The position numbers were made by a program, and so were the translations under genes. Source: an uncultured delta proteobacterium (GTDB taxonomy: Bacteria; Desulfobacterota; Syntrophia; Syntrophales; UBA5619). From it: a stretch of 64,000 nucleotides of DNA. The notes below the pieces were generated by a model that did no database searches, had not been told where the DNA came from, and was given only the letters and a program-made list of their open reading frames with translations. The stretch lies in NCBI GenBank assembly GCA_963817385.1, contig CAWFOM010000014.1:17811-81810 (forward strand). Direction: 5' to 3'. Of this stretch, positions 60,803 to 64,000 are shown in pieces. Position 1 is the first letter of the stretch, and every line of letters begins with the position of its first letter.

Positions 60803-61182
60803 ATATTAAGGCAGATGTGAGCGACGGGATGCGGCTAAGGACGGTGGAAAGAACACGAGTACCCGCCCTCGGTCTCGACGGCGGTACCCGCGAAAAGTGG
60901 TTCGCATTCGCAGTCGGTTGGGACACCGTCGGGCACGCACTGATCCCCTGACGTTCCATTCGCATAAGGGCATTCATCAGGCATAGTTTCTCATGTTAGC
61001 TCAGCAAGCAGGAATTCATTTCGGCGGAGGTCGATCGGAAGTTCCGGAAGGTTAAATAAATCACGGGGAGTGCCCTGCACTCACACGGTAAACCCTATCG
61101 GGTGTTTCAGAATTAAGCCCAGATACGCCAATGGCAGGCACCCGATGGACTGACTGCTGTGGTATCTGAAAGGGAGGGGCTC

Positions 61183-64000
61183 ATGGCTGGCCGTACTTCG
61201 CGTGGCAAGTCAGCGGGATCTGGGCGCACGGTCGCGCCGGACGGGGATCAGGGATCGCAGCCGCAGGAGGCCGGGCAAGCCCGCTCACTGCGCCTCTCGC
61301 GCACGCGCAGGCTCGCCACCTCGGCACTCCTCCAGGAGCTGGCACTGCGGCCGGAGTTCCTCGAAGGCATGCAGCTCGGCGAGCTGCTCACGCCAGAGCC
61401 GCTGCACAGCCACGGCCAGTGGGTGGTGCGCTCGGAAGACCTGCTCTCCTTCCACCTCCAACTCACGAACCTGCACGCGCAACTCTCGCAGGAGGACGCC
61501 GACCGCCCTGCAGTGCTGGCCATCACCGGCCCAGGCGCGGCCTATATCACCCTGCACTTTGCGCCCCAGCACATCGCCGAGCAGGTGTTCTTTGCGGCCT
61601 CGAAGATCCCCAAGGAACAGGACGGCCACGTGAACCAGCCGCCGCCGTCACCGTCACCAACACCCTTGGAACCGCTGGCCCCGCCACCGATCGCCTCCCG
61701 CATCGCCTATCCGAGTCGGCTGGTGTTCCGCTTTGAAGAAACACAGCTACGCGCCGCCGGCTGCTGGCCGGTGCGATACACGCTGGCAGGCATCCTTGAA
61801 GCCTGCCGTGCGCTCAACCTTAACGTCACCGCCAACGCCCGATATCAGCCGCCGTTGCGCAAGGCCAAGGCGCCCCGCTACCGCCAGCCGCGCGCGAAGG
61901 ACCTGCGCCACGCCTACGAACGTTTTAGCGGTGCCGAAAAAGCCGCCGTGCTCGCCAGTGCGCGCCGCAACGAACAACTGGCGCGCCGCCTGGGCCCTGA
62001 GGCCGGCGTGGTGCTGCTGCGCCGCGCGGAGCTCACGTCCGCCACAGCCGCCGCGCAGCAGGACCGCGAGTACCTGCCGACCACCGCCGCAGCCCTGGCC
62101 GCAAGCACGTCGCTGGAGGCGATCGACGCCCGCATCGAGCCCGTCTTCCACTATTTGACCGTGCCCCGGCCCAAGAAGCCGGCCGGCAACGAAACGGCGC
62201 TGGAGCTGCCCTTCCGCCTGCTGATCTCGCCCAACGGGGCGGCGCATTTTGCCCACGATGAGCAGCCCGCGCACTCCGAGGCGACCGGCCATACCAGCCT
62301 CTGGCATACACGGCTGGCCGAGAAGAGTGAGGCCAGCAGCGGCATTCATCAGCCGCTCGATGAGCCCATCCGTGCCGTCTGGGCGCGCGGCGGGCCGGAG
62401 TCGGATCCGAACGTGTTCACCGATCACTGGAGCTCGGTGCCGAAGCCGCTCGACCCCGATTCCAAGCCTTTCAAGCTGTTCCGCCAGACGCTCGACGACC
62501 GCGATCGCTACAACATCGCCCACCTCTCCGGCAATTTCGCCCTGCACGGCGGCCGCCACGAGGCGGTGAACTGCCAGCGCCTGATGCTCTCCAGCCTGGG
62601 CGGTTGGCTGGACGCGCGAGGCGATTGGAAGGTACCTGACGGGCTTTCGGTGGAGCAGTGGGTGCATCACGCGGCACAGGCGCGCGACCACTATGTGCGG
62701 GTGATCTACAAGGGCTACTGCCTGCCGTTCGGGCATCGGGTGTCGCTGGTCAAGATCAGCGAGCGCTTCTTCCTGAAGGCTCAACCGGGCAATGCCGCGT
62801 ACGTGCTGCAACGCATGTTCTTCATCGTCCGCGAGCCGGTGCGGGAGTTCCCCGAGACGACGCTGTTCAAGATCGTCAACGGCCAGCCGCAGTACTACCA
62901 CCGCTCCTTCCCGTTCCCCAGCGTCCGACTGCTCACCGAGGTCACGCCGGACATCGCCGACCCCAGCGACACCGACATCGGCGGCCATGGCCAGGCGCTG
63001 TTCTGGCCGGCGGTGCCCAAGCCCGGTGGCGGATCGGATCGGTTCCGCTTCCAGTACGTGGCAACCGACCTCGACGGCAACCAGGTGCGCTTTGACCTGC
63101 CGGCCATCTTTATCGATAACGCGCTCGCCAACCCGGCGCAGGGGAGTGGGCTATCCAACTTCGTGCTCGCGCAGAACGACTGGCTCACGGCTTCCAACAC
63201 GCCCCACCGCACCGCCCCGCTGCAGCGGCAGAAGGTGGCGCTCGCCCCTTCGGCTAAGCCGGGCGACACCGCGAGCGAAGTGGAAGAGATCATCTTTGGC
63301 GCCGAGACGGATGGGCTGGAGGGCAGGATCACGAGTCCGCTGATGCGCCCCAGCCTGATCCAGGCCAAGGTGCGCCTGCCCAGCATCGGCGCACTCACCG
63401 GCGGTGCCGGCAACAACGTGCTGAGCTACGACGAGGGCTTTCTCGCCCTCACCGGCGGGTACGGTGCGGGCGAGGTCTACGCCAAACTCGATGCGGGCGG
63501 CCAGGCGCTGGACTTCACGAGCTGCGGCAACCGCTCGGGCGGCTTTGTGCAGCCGAGCCTTGCGCCCACGGGGCTCTCGCGCAAGAAGGGCCCGGTTTCC
63601 GGCAACCTCGCCGACGTCGCCGCCGGGCAGTTCAAGCCCATCGATTTCTTCAGCGATCTCGCGCCGCTCTTGTTTGGCTGCATCCCGCTCGGCGAGCTGG
63701 TGAAGGCGATCGCCGGGCCCGATGGCTTTGGCGAGATGCCGAGCTTCGTCACCGAAGCGATGCAACAGGGTGAGGCGCTGTTCTCCAACCTCGGCCAGCT
63801 TGACAAGGTGGATGAGGTACTGCTTGGCGTGGTCAGGAACTCCGCCAGGGCCGCCATTGAGCAGGCCGTCAGCGCTGCCTTTGCCGAAGTGGACCAGCAA
63901 CTCGCGGTGCTGGATGCCACGACCGCCACGATCCATACCCAGGCGCAGGCGGTGGTGACCGCGGCGACCTCGGTTGCCACCGCGCTCGGGTCGGCGTCCG
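61183..64000 (+). CDS. Very large hypothetical protein (at least 939 aa, runs off the window end)
   Basis: ATG 61183 after AGGGAGG; frame +1 has strong GC3 bias and no stop that I could find before 64000, which explains its absence from the ORF track. Motifs FAPQHIAEQ, ALELPFRLLISP, LMLSSLGGWLD, RDHYVRVIYKGYCLPFGH, GLSRKKGPVSG. Confidence 0.85.
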   Translation, partial: MAGRTSRGKSAGSGRTVAPDGDQGSQPQEAGQARSLRLSRTRRLATSALLQELALRPEFLEGMQLGELLTPEPLHSHGQWVVRSEDLLSFHLQLTNLHAQLSQEDADRPAVLAITGPGAAYITLHFAPQHIAEQVFFAASKIPKEQDGHVNQPPPSPSPTPLEPLAPPPIASRIAYPSRLVFRFEETQLRAAGCWPVRYTLAGILEACRALNLNVTANARYQPPLRKAKAPRYRQPRAKDLRHAYERFSGAEKAAVLASARRNEQLARRLGPEAGVVLLRRAELTSATAAAQQDREYLPTTAAALAASTSLEAIDARIEPVFHYLTVPRPKKPAGNETALELPFRLLISPNGAAHFAHDEQPAHSEATGHTSLWHTRLAEKSEASSGIHQPLDEPIRAVWARGGPESDPNVFTDHWSSVPKPLDPDSKPFKLFRQTLDDRDRYNIAHLSGNFALHGGRHEAVNCQRLMLSSLGGWLDARGDWKVPDGLSVEQWVHHAAQARDHYVRVIYKGYCLPFGHRVSLVKISERFFLKAQPGNAAYVLQRMFFIVREPVREFPETTLFKIVNGQPQYYHRSFPFPSVRLLTEVTPDIADPSDTDIGGHGQALFWPAVPKPGGGSDRFRFQYVATDLDGNQVRFDLPAIFIDNALANPAQGSGLSNFVLAQNDWLTASNTPHRTAPLQRQKVALAPSAKPGDTASEVEEIIFGAETDGLEGRITSPLMRPSLIQAKVRLPSIGALTGGAGNNVLSYDEGFLALTGGYGAGEVYAKLDAGGQALDFTSCGNRSGGFVQPSLAPTGLSRKKGPVSGNLADVAAGQFKPIDFFSDLAPLLFGCIPLGELVKAIAGPDGFGEMPSFVTEAMQQGEALFSNLGQLDKVDEVLLGVVRNSARAAIEQAVSAAFAEVDQQLAVLDATTATIHTQAQAVVTAATSVATALGSAS

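Noticed and set aside
61202..63980. Many ORF-track calls of 60-413 aa in the last 3 kb
   Set aside because: Shadow frames of the GC-rich giant ORF in frame +1.
1..64000. CRISPR arrays, tRNA/rRNA genes, integrase, transposase or prophage genes
   Set aside because: No regularly spaced repeats, cloverleaf or rRNA signatures, or recombinase and phage motifs were seen by eye; dedicated tools were not run.

Overview
A gene-dense 64-kb bacterial segment. Gene content (Sec-type SelD, tripartite tricarboxylate transporters, sigma-54 promoters, CcdA/TlpA redox cluster, RRM protein) suggests an anaerobic deltaproteobacterium such as a Syntrophales/Desulfobacterota member; this is inference. Ordinary genes include a thiol-redox cluster, a TetR-RND-TolC efflux operon, rmuC, two diguanylate cyclases, csp, glpK, a cyclophilin, thrC, a peptide ABC binding protein and PBP1B. 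Several things are missed by the ORF track: (1) a ~150-nt 6S-like ncRNA with a perfect sigma-70 promoter and its own terminator (6146-6297, minus); (2) selD with an in-frame UGA and SECIS hairpin, divergent from a LysR regulator; (3) a 129-bp diverged direct repeat containing degenerate attC-like sites around an AT-rich block; (4) a TIR-bounded MITE and two REP-like double-hairpin elements; (5) five genes broken by small frameshifts, probably consensus errors; (6) a GC-rich ORF of at least 939 codons and unknown function that starts at 61183 behind a sigma-54 promoter and runs off the window. An eight-gene catabolic operon (Tm-1-like protein, DHDPS-family aldolase, SDR, 2-hydroxyacid dehydrogenase, extended transaldolase, TctCBA) has no substrate I can assign. 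No rRNA, tRNA, CRISPR array, integrase or transposase gene was seen.
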